The notes: generated from the letters alone by a model not told the origin. A stretch of 64,000 nucleotides of DNA from Anaeromyxobacteraceae bacterium (GCA_047602405.1 JASGHJ010000002.1:3584001-3648000); one strand, 5' to 3'; positions 19,901 to 31,152 are shown, numbered from the stretch's first letter. Made by a program: numbers and translations.

Positions 19901-20074
19901 CACGGCAAGGAGCAGGTCGTCGTGTGGATGCCCTACAACTGGGGCTTCAAGGGCCTGTCGACGGGCCCGAGCACGAACCACCTGACCATCGACGTGGGTG
20001 ATCCCAACACCTGGTGCCAGGAGACGAAGGCGTGCCTGGTCAACCTCGCCAAGGCTGAAGACCGCATCGCCTAG
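16979..20074 (+). CDS. fdnG: Formate dehydrogenase alpha subunit, Tat-exported, selenocysteine-containing (two apparent frameshifts)
   Basis: MTVGRRSWFK Tat signal; CNFCSCGC Fe-S motif; EHQARL-TGA-HSPTVPSLG...GAMTNHW; ALRGEPNVQG; shifts near 17010 and 18118. Confidence 0.92.
17568..17600 (+). promoter_or_regulatory. Sec UGA codon and bacterial SECIS hairpin
   Basis: TGA at 17568-17570 in frame; CCCC-AGTCT-GGGG hairpin at 17585-17597 with an AGUCU apical sequence like the E. coli fdnG SECIS. Confidence 0.85.
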
Positions 20075-20085
20075 GGAGACCGACC

Positions 20086-22293
20086 ATGACCACGCACACC
20101 GAGAAGACCCCGCTGAACGAGCAGCACGGCTACCTGATCGACACCACCAAGTGCATCGGGTGCCGCTCCTGCCAGGTCTCCTGCAAGCAGTGGAACGAGC
20201 TGGAGGCCGAGAAGACGCAGATCGACGACAAGAAGGCCGGGCTGCAGATGCCCACCACGATGTCGGCGAAGACCTTCACGGTCATCACCTACAACGAGGT
20301 GGAGAATCCGCGGGCCCCCGGCGGCCTGTCGTACGTGATGGCGAAGCGGATGTGCATGCACTGCAACGAGCCTGCGTGCGCCTCCGCCTGCCCGGTCACC
20401 GCCCTCCACAAGACGGCGGAGGGGCCGGTCGTCTATGACGCCGACAAGTGCATCGGCTGCCGCTACTGCATGTGGGCCTGCCCCTGGGGCGTGCCCACGG
20501 CGGAGTGGGACTCGCTCGCGCCGAAGATCCAGAAGTGCACGATGTGCTACGACCGCAACGGCCAGTCCTGCCCGGACAGCCGCAACGGCACGGCGTACGG
20601 CGAGGCGGAGAAGGCCTCGGGTACGAAGGCCTACGGCCAGCCCATCTGCACGAAGGCCTGCCCGCCGGGCGCGCTGAAGTTCGGCAAGCGCGGCGAGCTG
20701 CTCGAGGAGGCCCGGGCCCGCATCAAGGCGGATCCGGCCCGGTACCACGACGGCATCTACGGTGAGCACGAGGCGGGCGGCACGAACGTCCTCTACCTCT
20801 CCCCGGTGCCGTTCGAGCAGATCGGCCTGCCCCGCATCCAGCACCAGAGCTACACGGCGACCGCCGCCGTGGCGCTCGGCGCGGTGCCCGCCGCCGTCCT
20901 CGGCGTCGGCGCCGCCCTCGGGGCGACGTACGCGGTGAAGAAGCGCGCCGACGAGGTGAAGGCGGCGGAGGCGAAGGACGTGAAGGCGGTCGAGCACCAC
21001 CACCCCACGTTCGAGCCGATCTCGAAGCCGCTGTGGACGGGCTTCAACAAGCTCATGGCGGCGCTGATGGCGTTCGGCGGCATCTCGATGCTCGCCCGCT
21101 TCGCCCTCGGCCTCGGCGGCTCCACCGGCCTCAACGACACGTACGCGTGGGGCCTCTGGATCGTCTTCGACCTCGTGTGGATCGCGGTCGCCGCGGGCGC
21201 GTTCGCCACGGCCGGCCTCATCTACGTGTTCCGGCGTGAGGACCTCTACAGCATCGGCAGATCCGCGGTGCTGATGGGCCTCCTCTCCTACTCGTTCGTC
21301 ACCGTGACGCTCCTCGCCGACCTCGGCCTGCCGTGGCACTTCTGGCAGCTCGGCCTCCAGGCCCCGGAGCACTCGGCGATGTTCGAGGTCTCCTGGTGCG
21401 TCGGCCTCTACGTCACCGTCCTCGCCGCCGAGTTCCTGCCCGTGCTGTTCGAGGGCATCGGCCTCAAGGCGGGCATGGAGACGTGGAAGAAGTGGGCGCC
21501 GATCTACGTCGTCTTCGCGATGACCCTGTTCGTGTACCTGATGTCCCGCAACCTCGTGTACGCGGCGGGCGCCGCGGCGGTGTTCGGCATCATGGCCTAC
21601 GCGTACAGGACCCGCCCCGGTGAGAAGCCGGTCCCTGTGATGCTCGCCATCGCCGCGGTCACCCTGTCGTCCATGCACCAGAGCTCGCTCGGCTCGCTGT
21701 TCCTCCTCATGCCCGACAAGCTCAACCACCTCTGGTGGTCGCCGGTCATGCCGGTCTACTTCTTCCTCTCCTCCATCGCGGCCGGCACGGCGCTCATGGT
21801 GGTGATCGAGATGTGGGTCGCGAAGGCGTACTCCCGCCCGCTCCGCACGAAGCAGCTCGCGGCGATGGGCAAGGTCGCCCTCGGTGCCATGGCGGTCTAC
21901 CTCGCGTTCCGCCTGGGCGACGTCGCCCTGCGCGGGCAGCTCGGCGCGGCCTTCTCCGGCCCGAAGGGCATGATGTTCCTCGCCGAGATCGTGGTGGGCG
22001 GGCTCGTCCCGGTCGTCATGCTCGCCTCGGCGGCGAACCGCGAGAACCCGCGGACGCTGTTCGCGGCGTCGCTGCTCGGCACGCTGGGCATCGTGTTCAA
22101 CCGCATCAACGTGGTCGTCGGCGCGATGACGCTCCCGGGCGCCGCCCCGGGCAACCTGCCGCTCTCGTACACGCCGTCGGTGTTCGAGTGGGGCATCTCC
22201 ATCGGCCTCATCGCCGCCACGATCTTCCTCTACGGCGTCGCGGTCAGGCGCCTGCCGGTGCTGCCGAAGGCCGACGAGGCGAGCTCGCACTAG
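20086..22293 (+). CDS. Fused FDH beta (4x[4Fe-4S]) and NrfD/HybB-type membrane anchor
   Basis: CIGCRSCQVSC, CMHCNEPACASACP, CIGCRYCMWACP, CTMC...CTKACP; then WGLWIVFD, ADLGLPW, SAMFEV, LSSMHQSSLGSLF. Confidence 0.9.
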   Translation: MTTHTEKTPLNEQHGYLIDTTKCIGCRSCQVSCKQWNELEAEKTQIDDKKAGLQMPTTMSAKTFTVITYNEVENPRAPGGLSYVMAKRMCMHCNEPACASACPVTALHKTAEGPVVYDADKCIGCRYCMWACPWGVPTAEWDSLAPKIQKCTMCYDRNGQSCPDSRNGTAYGEAEKASGTKAYGQPICTKACPPGALKFGKRGELLEEARARIKADPARYHDGIYGEHEAGGTNVLYLSPVPFEQIGLPRIQHQSYTATAAVALGAVPAAVLGVGAALGATYAVKKRADEVKAAEAKDVKAVEHHHPTFEPISKPLWTGFNKLMAALMAFGGISMLARFALGLGGSTGLNDTYAWGLWIVFDLVWIAVAAGAFATAGLIYVFRREDLYSIGRSAVLMGLLSYSFVTVTLLADLGLPWHFWQLGLQAPEHSAMFEVSWCVGLYVTVLAAEFLPVLFEGIGLKAGMETWKKWAPIYVVFAMTLFVYLMSRNLVYAAGAAAVFGIMAYAYRTRPGEKPVPVMLAIAAVTLSSMHQSSLGSLFLLMPDKLNHLWWSPVMPVYFFLSSIAAGTALMVVIEMWVAKAYSRPLRTKQLAAMGKVALGAMAVYLAFRLGDVALRGQLGAAFSGPKGMMFLAEIVVGGLVPVVMLASAANRENPRTLFAASLLGTLGIVFNRINVVVGAMTLPGAAPGNLPLSYTPSVFEWGISIGLIAATIFLYGVAVRRLPVLPKADEASSH

Positions 22294-22318
22294 AGCGTTG
22301 ATGTTGGGTTAGTCTTGG

Positions 22319-22358
22319 CGCCCCCGGTCCGGAGCAATGGACCGGGGGCGTCTCTCTG
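22319..22358 (+). terminator. GC-rich hairpin between the beta-NrfD gene and fdhE
   Basis: CGCCCCCGGTCC / GGACCGGGGGCG 12-bp stem with a weak TCTCTCT tail. Confidence 0.5.
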
Positions 22359-22392
22359 TCGTGACCCCCGTTTCTCCCTGGAGCGCCGCCGC

Positions 22393-23220
22393 ATGGACGA
22401 GACCTCCCGCCGCTGGATCGCGCAGCACCCCTTCCTGGAGGGCGTCGCCGCCTTCCACGACGCCGTCGAGGCGGCCGTCGCGAAGGCCGCCCTCCCCGCC
22501 GTGGCGCCGCCCTCCGGCGACGGCTGGAAGGAGGACCTCGCCCGCGGCCTGCCGCTCCTCCTCTCCGAGAAGGCCGGCCTCGCCACCTCGCCCGCGCTCG
22601 CCGAGGCCGTCGCGAAGCTCGCGTTCGAGCTCGCGCGCTCGCCGCTGCCCGAGGCGCTGAAGGAGAAGGCCGCCACCCTGAAGGATCACCTGGCGCAGCC
22701 CGCCACCCGCGCCGCGCTCGTCGCCGCGCTCATCGGCGACGGCGAGCCGCCCACCGACGTCGACCCCGGCTTCGCCCGCTTCGTCGCCTGGACCGCGATG
22801 GCCCACGCGCTCGCGCCGGCCCTGCGCGCCCTCGAGGGCGTGCGCGACGATGACGCCTGGAACGCCGGCTCCTGCCCCACCTGCGGCAGCGGCCCGGCCA
22901 TGAGCCAGCTCGTGCCGAACGAGGTCGGCCGGAAGCGGGTCCTCGGCTGCGGCCAGTGCCGCACCCGCTGGACCTACCGCCGCATCGCCTGCGCCCACTG
23001 CGGCAACCACGACGCGACGAAGCTCGCCGTGATGGAGCTCGAGGGCGAGCCCGCGCTCCGGCTCGACGTCTGCGAGGAGTGCAAGGGCTACGTGAAGACG
23101 TACACCGAGGTCGGCGAGGAGCCGCTGATGCTCGCGGACTGGTCGAGCCTGCACCTCGACGTGCTCGCGAAGGAGAAGGGCTACGTGAGGAAGGGCGCGA
23201 GCCTGTACGAGCTGGAGTAG
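22393..23220 (+). CDS. fdhE: Formate dehydrogenase maturation protein FdhE
   Basis: CPTCG, CGQCRTRW, CAHCG, CEECKGYVK, HLDVLA. Confidence 0.92.
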   Translation: MDETSRRWIAQHPFLEGVAAFHDAVEAAVAKAALPAVAPPSGDGWKEDLARGLPLLLSEKAGLATSPALAEAVAKLAFELARSPLPEALKEKAATLKDHLAQPATRAALVAALIGDGEPPTDVDPGFARFVAWTAMAHALAPALRALEGVRDDDAWNAGSCPTCGSGPAMSQLVPNEVGRKRVLGCGQCRTRWTYRRIACAHCGNHDATKLAVMELEGEPALRLDVCEECKGYVKTYTEVGEEPLMLADWSSLHLDVLAKEKGYVRKGASLYELE

Positions 23221-23223
23221 GCG

Positions 23224-23449
23224 TCAACGGGCCAGGTAGGCGTCGAGCGCGTCCCGATCGTCGACGTACGCCGAGAGGCCACCGAGATCGAACACGGGCA
23301 GCGGCGGAAGCTCCGGCTTCCTCGCCACGCCGGCGAGGAGTGCCCGGAGCGCCTCGTTCACGAGGTCGGGGACCGAACGGCCTTCCTCCGCGGCCCGGGC
23401 CTCGAGCGCGTGCAACACCCGGTCGTCGATTCTCGACTTCGAGCTTCAT
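23224..23449 (-). CDS. CopG/RHH-type (VapB-like) antitoxin, orphan (apparent frameshift near 23430)
   Basis: Removing one base at GATTC 23428-23432 gives MKLEVEIDDRVLHALEARAAEEGRSVPDLVNEALRALL...LPPLPVF. Confidence 0.65.
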
Positions 23450-23620
23450 GCGGCACCCATACGATTCGTGCGGGTCCACCGTCAAGCAGCGGCCGGAGGG
23501 TGCGAAGCAGCCAGGCCCGGAGGGTCACGGACCGAGAGCATGCCCTGTACCCATTCGAGTCATCCGCGCGGATGGCTCTGACGGGGCGTGGCCGCACGCT
23601 GGGTGCTGTACACTCCACGT

Positions 23621-24554
23621 ATGGGCCGCTCCCTTCCGTGGCTGCTCCTCGCCGTCAGCCTGGTCCTGAACGCGTACCTCTTCTTCCGCGGAGGCGTGCG
23701 GCCGGGGGGACCGGGGGCCGAGCCGGTCGCGACGGGCGGCTCGGATTCGGTGCCCGCCGTGGGCGCGCTCGGGGCAGCCCCGCCGACGAGCGGCCCCGGC
23801 GGCGTGTCGCGCGCCACCGGCCCACCGCCCGCGACGCCGGAGGCTGCCCGTGCGGCGCTGCTCGAGGCGAAGGTCGCGTGGCTGGAGCGCGAGCTCTTCG
23901 CGCACCTCCCGGCCCACGAGCGCTTCGAGCGAAGCGCCGGGAAGGCGCCCGGTCCGGCGGTGCCGAAGTTCCGCCCCGAGGTGGAGCGCGTGCTGAAGGG
24001 CTCAGATGCGGACTCGTGGGAGGTCGAGTGCCGCGCAGACATCTGCCGGATCCAGATTCCTCGCCGAGAAGGGGAAGACGGGCTGGGAGCAGAAGCTCCA
24101 GTTCGACGAGGCCGTGCGGAACTGGGTGAACGGCGCGACGTTCGAAGGGGGCCAGCCGAAGACGGATCCCGTCTCGGGCAAGACCTACTGGGAGCACGAC
24201 GTGTTCTACGACACGCGGAACGAGCCCGACACGATCTCCCCGGAGTTCTGGCGACTGGTGCACGTGTTCCGGACGTCCTCGGCGCTGTCCGACTGCACGC
24301 GCGGGTTCGCGGAGCGCGGGACCTACGCGGCTCGCGTGGGCCTGCATCCTCCGGAGATCGAGGTGCTGTCCGCCGGCACGCTCGCGCCGGAGGTCACCCG
24401 GTGCCTGGACGCGCGGCTCCGCCAGGCGGTGGCGCCCGCCCTGCAGGAGACGAGGACAGGCACGTTCCCCGGCGCGGTCGCCTACGTGGAGCTCGTGTCG
24501 CCCCCCGCCGACGCCCGCCCCCGGCCTACGCCGCCGCCTGCTCGGCCGGGGTGA
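23621..24554 (+). CDS. Hypothetical exported/membrane-anchored protein (apparent frameshift near 24057)
   Basis: N-terminal hydrophobic [17 protein letters not shown]; frames join at GATTC 24055-24059 ([15 protein letters not shown]). Confidence 0.55.
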
Positions 24555-27500
24555 CCGGGCCGGCCGGGAGGCTCTTCCCCTTCCAGAGCATGTAGACCGC
24601 CGGGTAGACGAGGAGCTCGAGGGCGAAGCTCGTCACGAGGCCGCCGATCATCGGCGCGGCGATGCGCTTCATCACGTCGGCGCCGGTGCCGGTGGACCAC
24701 ATGATGGGGAGGAGGCCCAGCATCGCGGCCGCCACCGTCATCGCCTTCGGGCGCACGCGCTTCACGGCGCCGTGCACGATGGCCTCGACGAGGTCGGAGC
24801 GGGTGCGGAGCAGGCCCTTCTTCTCGGCCTCGTCGTGCGAGAGGTCGAGGAAGAGGCAGCATGAACACGCCGGTCTCGGCGTCGAGCCCCATGAGCGCGA
24901 TCATCCCGACCCACACCGCGATCGAGACGTTGTAGCCGAGCGCCCACAGGAGCCACACCGCGCCGATGGCGCTGAACGGCACCGCCGCCATCACGAGGAG
25001 CGCCTTCGCCGACGACCTCGTGTTCATGTAGAGGAGGCCGAAGATGAGCACGATCGTGAGCGGGATGATGACCTGCAGCCGCTCACGCACGCGCAGCATG
25101 TTCTCGTACTGGCCGCTCCAGCTCATCTGGTAGCCGGTCGGGAGCGACACCTTCGAGGCCACCGCCGCCTTCGCGCGGTCGACGTAGCCGCCGATGTCGA
25201 CCTTGGAGGTGTCGAAGTCGACGTAGACGTAGCCGGCGAGCAGGCCGTTCTCGTTGCGGATCATCGACGGGCCCTGCGCGAGCACCACGTCGGCGATCTC
25301 GGCCATGGGGATCTGGCCCTTGCCCGACGGGAGCGGCAGGAGCACGCGGCGGAGCGCGTCGAGGTCCTCGCGGTAGTCGCGGGCGTAGCGCACGTTGATG
25401 CCGTACCGCTCCCGCCCCTCCACCGTGGTCGACTGCACGTCGCCGCCGACGGCGGTCATCACCATCATGTTCGCGTCGTCGACGGTGAGGCCGTAGCGGG
25501 CGAGCTGCTCGCGCTTCAGCACGAAGTCGAGGAAGAACCCGCCCGCCACGCGCTCGGCGTAGACGGAGCGCGTGCCGGGGACCTCCTGCACCGCCGCCTC
25601 GACCTCCTTCGCGGTCTTCTCGATGACCGAGAGGTCGGCGCCGGAGATCTTGATGCCGATGGGCGTGCGGATGCCGGTCGAGAGCATGTCGAGCCGGCCC
25701 TTGATCGGCATCGTCCAGGCGTTCGAGATGCCGGGCAGCTGCAGCCGCTCGTTCATCTCGTTCTCGAGGTCCTCCTGCGTGATGCGGTCGCGCCAGAACG
25801 GGCGCAGCATCGACTTCAGGAACCCCGGCGCCCACGACGAGTACCAGCGTGGCACCTCACGCCACTCCGCCTCGGGCTTGAGGAGGATGGTGGTCTCCAT
25901 CATCGTGAACGGCGCCGGATCGGTGGAGGTGTTGGCGCGGCCGGCCTTCCCGAACACGCGCTCCACCTCGGGGAAGGTGTGGAGCAGGCGGTCCTGCACC
26001 TGCAGCGCCTTCTCGGCCTCGGCGACCGACATGCCCGGCTCGACCGCCGAGGGCATGTAGAGGATGGTGCCCTCGCGCAGCGGCGGCATGAACTCCGAGC
26101 CGAGGTGCAGGTAGACCGGGAGGGTGGAGGCGACGAGGAGCACGCTCGCGGCGATGACGGCTCGCGGGTGCTTCAGCACGAACCGGCAGGGTGGCTCGTA
26201 GATGCGGTGGAGGAACGCCGAGATCGGGTGCTTCTCCTCGGAGTGGTAGGTGCCGACGAGCGCGCCGGTCGCGAGCTTCGCGAGCCAGCGCGGGCGGAAG
26301 GTGAACGGGTCGATCCGCGCGAAGAGCATGCGGAGCGCGGGGTCGAGCGTGATCGCGAGGATCGCCGCGATCGCCATGGCCAGGTTCTTCGAGTAGGCGA
26401 GCGGCCGGAAGAGGCGGCCCTCTTGGTCGACGAGCGTGAACACCGGCATGAAGGCGACCGCGATCACGAGGAGCGAGAAGAAGACGCCGGGCCCCACCTC
26501 GAGGAGCGCCTCGAGCCGGACCTTGTGGAAGTCGCCCTTCTTCCCGCCCGCGATCCAGTGGTGGATCTTGTTGTAGGCGTTCTCGACCTCGACGATCGCC
26601 CCGTCCACCAGCACGCCGATCGAGATCGCGATGCCGGCGAGCGACATCAGGTTCGCGTTGAGGCCCATGAGGTACATGGGGATGAACGCGAGCGCGACCG
26701 AGACCGGGATCGTGATGATGGGGATGATCGAGCTCGGGATGTGCCACAGGAACACGAGGATGATGATCGAGACGATGATGATCTCCTCGACCAGCTTCTC
26801 CCGGACCGTGTGGATCGCGCCCTCGATGAGCTCGGAGCGATCGTAGGTCGTGATGATCTCCGAGCCCTTCGGGAGCGAGGGCTTCAGCTCGGCGAGCTTC
26901 GCCTCGATGCGCTGGATGACCTGGAGCGCGTTCTCGCCCGAGCGCATCACCACGATGCCGCCCACCACGTCGCCCTCGCCATCGAGGTCGGCGACGCCCC
27001 GGCGGAGCTCCGGGCCGAGGGTGACGGTCGCGACGTCCTTCACGAGCACCGGCGTGCCGCCCGACGAGCGCAGCACGAGGTTCTCGAGGTCCCCGATGCC
27101 CTTCACGTAGCCGCGGCCCCGCACCATGTACTCGCGGCCGGAGAGCTCGACGAGCCGCCCGCCCACGTCGTTGTTGCCGGTGCGCACCGCCTTGATGACC
27201 GCCTCGAGCGGCAGCCCGTAGGCGGCGAGCGCGTTCGGGTTCACCTGCACCTGGTACTGGCGCACGTGGCCGCCGACCGTGGCGACCTCGGAGACCCCCG
27301 GCACCGCCTGGATGGCGTAGCGGAGGTTCCAGTCCTGGTAGCTGCGCAGCTCGTCGGACGAGTGCTGGCCGGTCCGGTCGACGAGCGCGTACTGGTACAC
27401 CCAGCCGACGCTGGAGGCGTCGGGCCCGAGCTCGACCGCCACCTGAGCCGGCAGCTGCGGGGTGATCTTCGAGAGGTACTCGAGCACGCGGGTGCGGGCC

Positions 27501-27811
27501 CAGTACGGATCGGTGCCGTCCTCGAAGATGACGTAGACGTAGCTGAAGCCGAAGTCGGAGAAGCCGCGGATCGCCTTCACCTTCGGCGCGCCGAGGAGCG
27601 CGGAGGTGATGGGGTACGTCACCTGGTCCTCGAGGATGTCCGGGCTGCGGTCCCAGCGCGAGTAGACGATGACCTGCGTGTCCGAGAGGTCGGGCAGCGC
27701 GTCGAGCGGGATGTTCCGCATCGTCCAGTACGCGCCCACGAGCGCGGCGGCGGTCGCCGCGAGGACGAGGAGCCGGTTCTCGGCCGAGAAGCGGATGATG
27801 GCCTTCAGCAC
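24526..27811 (-). CDS. cusA: CusA/CzcA heavy-metal RND efflux pump (apparent frameshift near 24857)
   Basis: [44 protein letters not shown]; last TMs (RVRPKAMT...[11 protein letters not shown]) in a shifted frame. Confidence 0.92.
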
Positions 27812-27814
27812 GGG

Positions 27815-29371
27815 CTACTCCTTCCCGCCGTGGCCGGCGTGGCCCGAGGGGGCCGCCGCGGGGGCCCCGGGCGCTCCGCCGGCCGGCGCGCTCGTCAGCG
27901 CCGCGAGCGAGGCGCGCAGGCGCGACTCGGAGTCCACGAGGAAGTTCGCGCGCACGATGACGCCGTCGCCCGCCTCGAGCCCCGAGACCACCTCCACCTT
28001 CTCCTGGTCGCGCTCGCCGACCTTCACCTCGCGCGGCACGAACTTGCCGCCGCCGAGCGCCACGAAGACGACGTCGAACGTGCCGGAGTGGACGATCGCG
28101 TCCGCCGGCACGCGCAGGGCCTCGCGCGGCGCGCCCTGGATGACGACCTCGCCGAACATCTCCGGCTTGAGCTCGCCGGTGGGGTTCGCGAACTCGACGC
28201 GGACCTTCGCGGTGCGGGTGGACGGATCGAGGAGCGGGTCGATGAAGGCGACGCGCCCGTGGAAGGTCTGGTTGGGGAGCGCGCGGAGCGACAGCGTCGC
28301 CGGCTGCCCGACCTTCACGCGGCGGAGGTCGGTCTCGTACGCATCGGCGAGCACCCAGACGCGGCTGAGGTCGACGATCTCGAACGGCATCTCGCCCGCA
28401 TTCACGCGCATGCCCGGCACGACGTCCTTCTTCGTGATGACGCCCGAGGCCGGGGAGCGGAAGCCCACGGTGCGGGCCGGTTCGCGGGTGCGCTCGAGGC
28501 GCTGCAGCTCCTCCGCCGGGACGTCCCAGAGCTCGAGCTTCCGCCGAGCGGCCCTCACGAGGTCCGCGCCGTCGCCGGCGAGGCCGCCCTTGCCGAGCTT
28601 CTCCTGCGTGCGGAGCGCGAGCAGGTACTCCTCCTGCGCCGCGAGGAGCTCGGGCGAGTAGATCGTGAAGAGGAGCTCGCCCTTCTTGATCGGCCGGCCC
28701 ACGAAGTCGCCGTGGACGTGCTCCATGAACCCGGAGAACTTCACGTTCACGTGGTGCACGCGGGTCTCGTCGATGGCGACGCGGCCGGTGGTGCGCCAGG
28801 TGCCGCCGACCGGGCCGTTCTCGGCGTGCGCGATCTCGAGGCCGATGAGCTGCTGGCGGGCCGGATCGATGGTCACCGCGGCGAGGCCCTCGGGGGTCTT
28901 CTCCTCGCCGACGGTCACGGCCGCGGGCGCCTTCGCCTCGACGAGCTTCATGCCGCAGATCGGGCACCGGTCCTTCGGGTTCTCCGAGACCACGTCCGGG
29001 TGCATCGGGCAGACGTACTTCTTCGGGCCCTGGGCGGCGGGCGCGGCCGCGGCTCCGGCCGCCGCCGCGGACGCGGGCGCCGAGGTGGCCGAGGACGGCG
29101 CCGCGACCTTCACGAGCTTCATGCCGCAGATGGGGCAGTTGTCCGGATGGTCGGAGGTGATGGTCGGGTGCATCGGGCACTGCCAGAGCTCCTTCGCAGG
29201 GGCCGCGGGCTTCGCCGCCGCCGTCGCGCCGCCCGCCGGGCCGCCCTCGCTCTCGTGGTCGTGCGCGTGCGGCCGCACCGCCCACCACGTGCCGCCCGCC
29301 GCGAGGCCCGCCGCCGCCACCGCGGCCGCCGCCAGCGTCCCCACCCCGAACCGCTTGCCGTTCTCGCTCAT
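27815..29371 (-). CDS. cusB: CusB-type periplasmic adaptor with two heavy-metal-binding domains
   Basis: Two CPMHP...CPICGMKLV motifs; YSPELLAAQEEY, LKPEMF, FLVDSESRL. Confidence 0.92.
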   Translation of the reverse strand: MSENGKRFGVGTLAAAAVAAAGLAAGGTWWAVRPHAHDHESEGGPAGGATAAAKPAAPAKELWQCPMHPTITSDHPDNCPICGMKLVKVAAPSSATSAPASAAAAGAAAAPAAQGPKKYVCPMHPDVVSENPKDRCPICGMKLVEAKAPAAVTVGEEKTPEGLAAVTIDPARQQLIGLEIAHAENGPVGGTWRTTGRVAIDETRVHHVNVKFSGFMEHVHGDFVGRPIKKGELLFTIYSPELLAAQEEYLLALRTQEKLGKGGLAGDGADLVRAARRKLELWDVPAEELQRLERTREPARTVGFRSPASGVITKKDVVPGMRVNAGEMPFEIVDLSRVWVLADAYETDLRRVKVGQPATLSLRALPNQTFHGRVAFIDPLLDPSTRTAKVRVEFANPTGELKPEMFGEVVIQGAPREALRVPADAIVHSGTFDVVFVALGGGKFVPREVKVGERDQEKVEVVSGLEAGDGVIVRANFLVDSESRLRASLAALTSAPAGGAPGAPAAAPSGHAGHGGKE

Positions 29372-29435
29372 CTCGTCACGCCTCGCCTTTTGACGCTCGA
29401 TCAGGCCCGAAGCCCGTTCGCTCGAATCCGTGGAG

Positions 29436-30923
29436 CTACATCCCGCCCGAGGACATCCCCGCGCCGCCGGCCGCGGCACCGCCGCCCGCCGCCGCCTTCG
29501 CCGCGCCCCCGCCGGAGGGCGCCGCCACCGCGCCCGCGCCCGGCACACCGCCCCCACCCATCGCACCGCCGCCGCTCGAGCCCACCGGGTCGAGCGACAC
29601 CTCGCCCGCCTGGATGGCGACGCGGAGGGCGTCCGCCACCGCGCCGAGGTGGCCCTCCTCGTCCGCGACGTACCCGGCGGACGCCTCCAGCACCGACGCG
29701 AACGTCACGCGCCCCACCGCGTACTGCGCGAGCGTCGAGTCGAGCGTCGCGCGCGAGAGCACGAGGAGCCCGTCGCGGTAGAGCCGCGCCGACTCGCCGA
29801 GCGACCGGAGCACGGCGTCGCGCTCCACCGCGCGGAGCCGCACGACCTCCTCGACCGCCTTCAGGCTCCCGTCCTCCGCCTGCGCGCGGGCCGCGCTCTC
29901 CTTCACGGCCGCGCCCTGCTTGCGGCCGCTCCAGACCGGCAGCGGCACCGAGAGCCCGGCCTGCCACATCGGTCCGAGCGCGCCGCGGCCCATGTAGCCC
30001 GCCTGCACCGAGACGTCCGGCCAGCGGTCGCGCTCGGCGAGCCGCACCGAGGCGTGGGCGCGCTCGGCGCCGGTGCGCGCGCGGGCGAGCTCCGGGCTGC
30101 GGCGAAGGGCGTCGTCGACCGCGGCCTGGAGCGCCGGGGCCGACGGGATGGGCGCGTCCGCGAGGGACGCCGTGGTCTCCACCGGCGCGTCGAGCGGCTT
30201 CCCGCGCAGGCGGTTGAGCCGCTCCCGGGCGGTGCGCTCGTCCGCCTCGAGCGCCCAGCGGCGCTGCTTGAGGCGGTGCTGCTCGAGCTGGGCGCGGAGC
30301 TGGTCGGACTGCGCGCCCTCGCCGGTCTGGTAGCGCGCGCGGGCGAGGTCGGCCGACTTCGCCCAGACCGCCTCGAGCCTGCCGAGGAGCGCGAGCCGGT
30401 CGCGCGCGACGAGGAGCTCGAGGTACGCCCGCCGCACGTCGGCCTCCGCCGCGAGCCGCGCGCGGGAGACCGAGGCGCCGGCCTCGTCGGCCGCGAGGCG
30501 GGCGACGTCGTTGCGGAGGTCGCGCTTCCCGAACCAGGGCAGGCCCTGCGAGAGCATCACCTGCCAGTAGCTCGTCTCCATCTTGCCGATCATGATCTCG
30601 TCGAACCCGTCGTTCTGGATCCCGAGCGAGAGCACCGGGTCGGGCAGCGCGCCCGCCTGCGGGACGCGCTCGCGCTCGGCGCGCGCGCCGGCCTCGGCCG
30701 CGGCGAGCTCCGGCCGCGCCGCGAGGCTCTCCTCGACGAGGCGGGCGAGCACCGGGTCCCCGGGCAGCACCGGGCTCGAGGGCGAGGCCGCGGGCGCCGC
30801 CGGCTCGGCCGCCGTCGCTGACGCGAAGAGCGCCGCCGCCGCGAGCGCGAAGGCCGCACGGAGCCGACCGAGCATCCGGTTCGGCGCCTCGCCTGGGGTT
30901 CGGATCGCGTGGTAGCGTCTCAT
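29436..30923 (-). CDS. TolC-family outer-membrane efflux protein (CusC-like)
   Basis: Signal peptide, ALPDPVLSLG, SQGLPWFGKR, LSVPLPVW; upstream of cusB; start uncertain. Confidence 0.88.
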   Translation of the reverse strand: MRRYHAIRTPGEAPNRMLGRLRAAFALAAAALFASATAAEPAAPAASPSSPVLPGDPVLARLVEESLAARPELAAAEAGARAERERVPQAGALPDPVLSLGIQNDGFDEIMIGKMETSYWQVMLSQGLPWFGKRDLRNDVARLAADEAGASVSRARLAAEADVRRAYLELLVARDRLALLGRLEAVWAKSADLARARYQTGEGAQSDQLRAQLEQHRLKQRRWALEADERTARERLNRLRGKPLDAPVETTASLADAPIPSAPALQAAVDDALRRSPELARARTGAERAHASVRLAERDRWPDVSVQAGYMGRGALGPMWQAGLSVPLPVWSGRKQGAAVKESAARAQAEDGSLKAVEEVVRLRAVERDAVLRSLGESARLYRDGLLVLSRATLDSTLAQYAVGRVTFASVLEASAGYVADEEGHLGAVADALRVAIQAGEVSLDPVGSSGGGAMGGGGVPGAGAVAAPSGGGAAKAAAGGGAAAGGAGMSSGGM

Positions 30924-30982
30924 GCGCGCGTGCACCTCTGGAGAACCGTCTCGGCGCCGTGCCGGAGCGGCACCCCCGAGTT

Positions 30983-30998
30983 AGCACCTCTCGTGCCA
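30983..30998 (-). promoter_or_regulatory. Sigma54 promoter of the cus operon
   Basis: Minus strand TGGCACGAGAGGTGCT (TGGCACG-N4-NTGCT); divergent NtrC-type regulator nearby. Confidence 0.75.
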
Positions 30999-31152
30999 TG
31001 GAGAACAAGCCTGCCAGGGGCGTTTTGGGCGTGAACCGGGGTCCGGCGGCCGCCGTGACCGGCCGGACCGCGACGGGATCGGCCACACCGTGACCCCCGC
31101 GGTTACCCCAGCTGCGTCGGCTGCCCAGGAGGCGGCGGCGGACGCGCAGGGA

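Noticed and set aside
16979..20074. fdnG, cusA and other shifted genes as true pseudogenes or programmed frameshifts
   Set aside because: Catalytic motifs are intact and the shifts share a sequence context typical of base-calling error; no slippery heptamers seen
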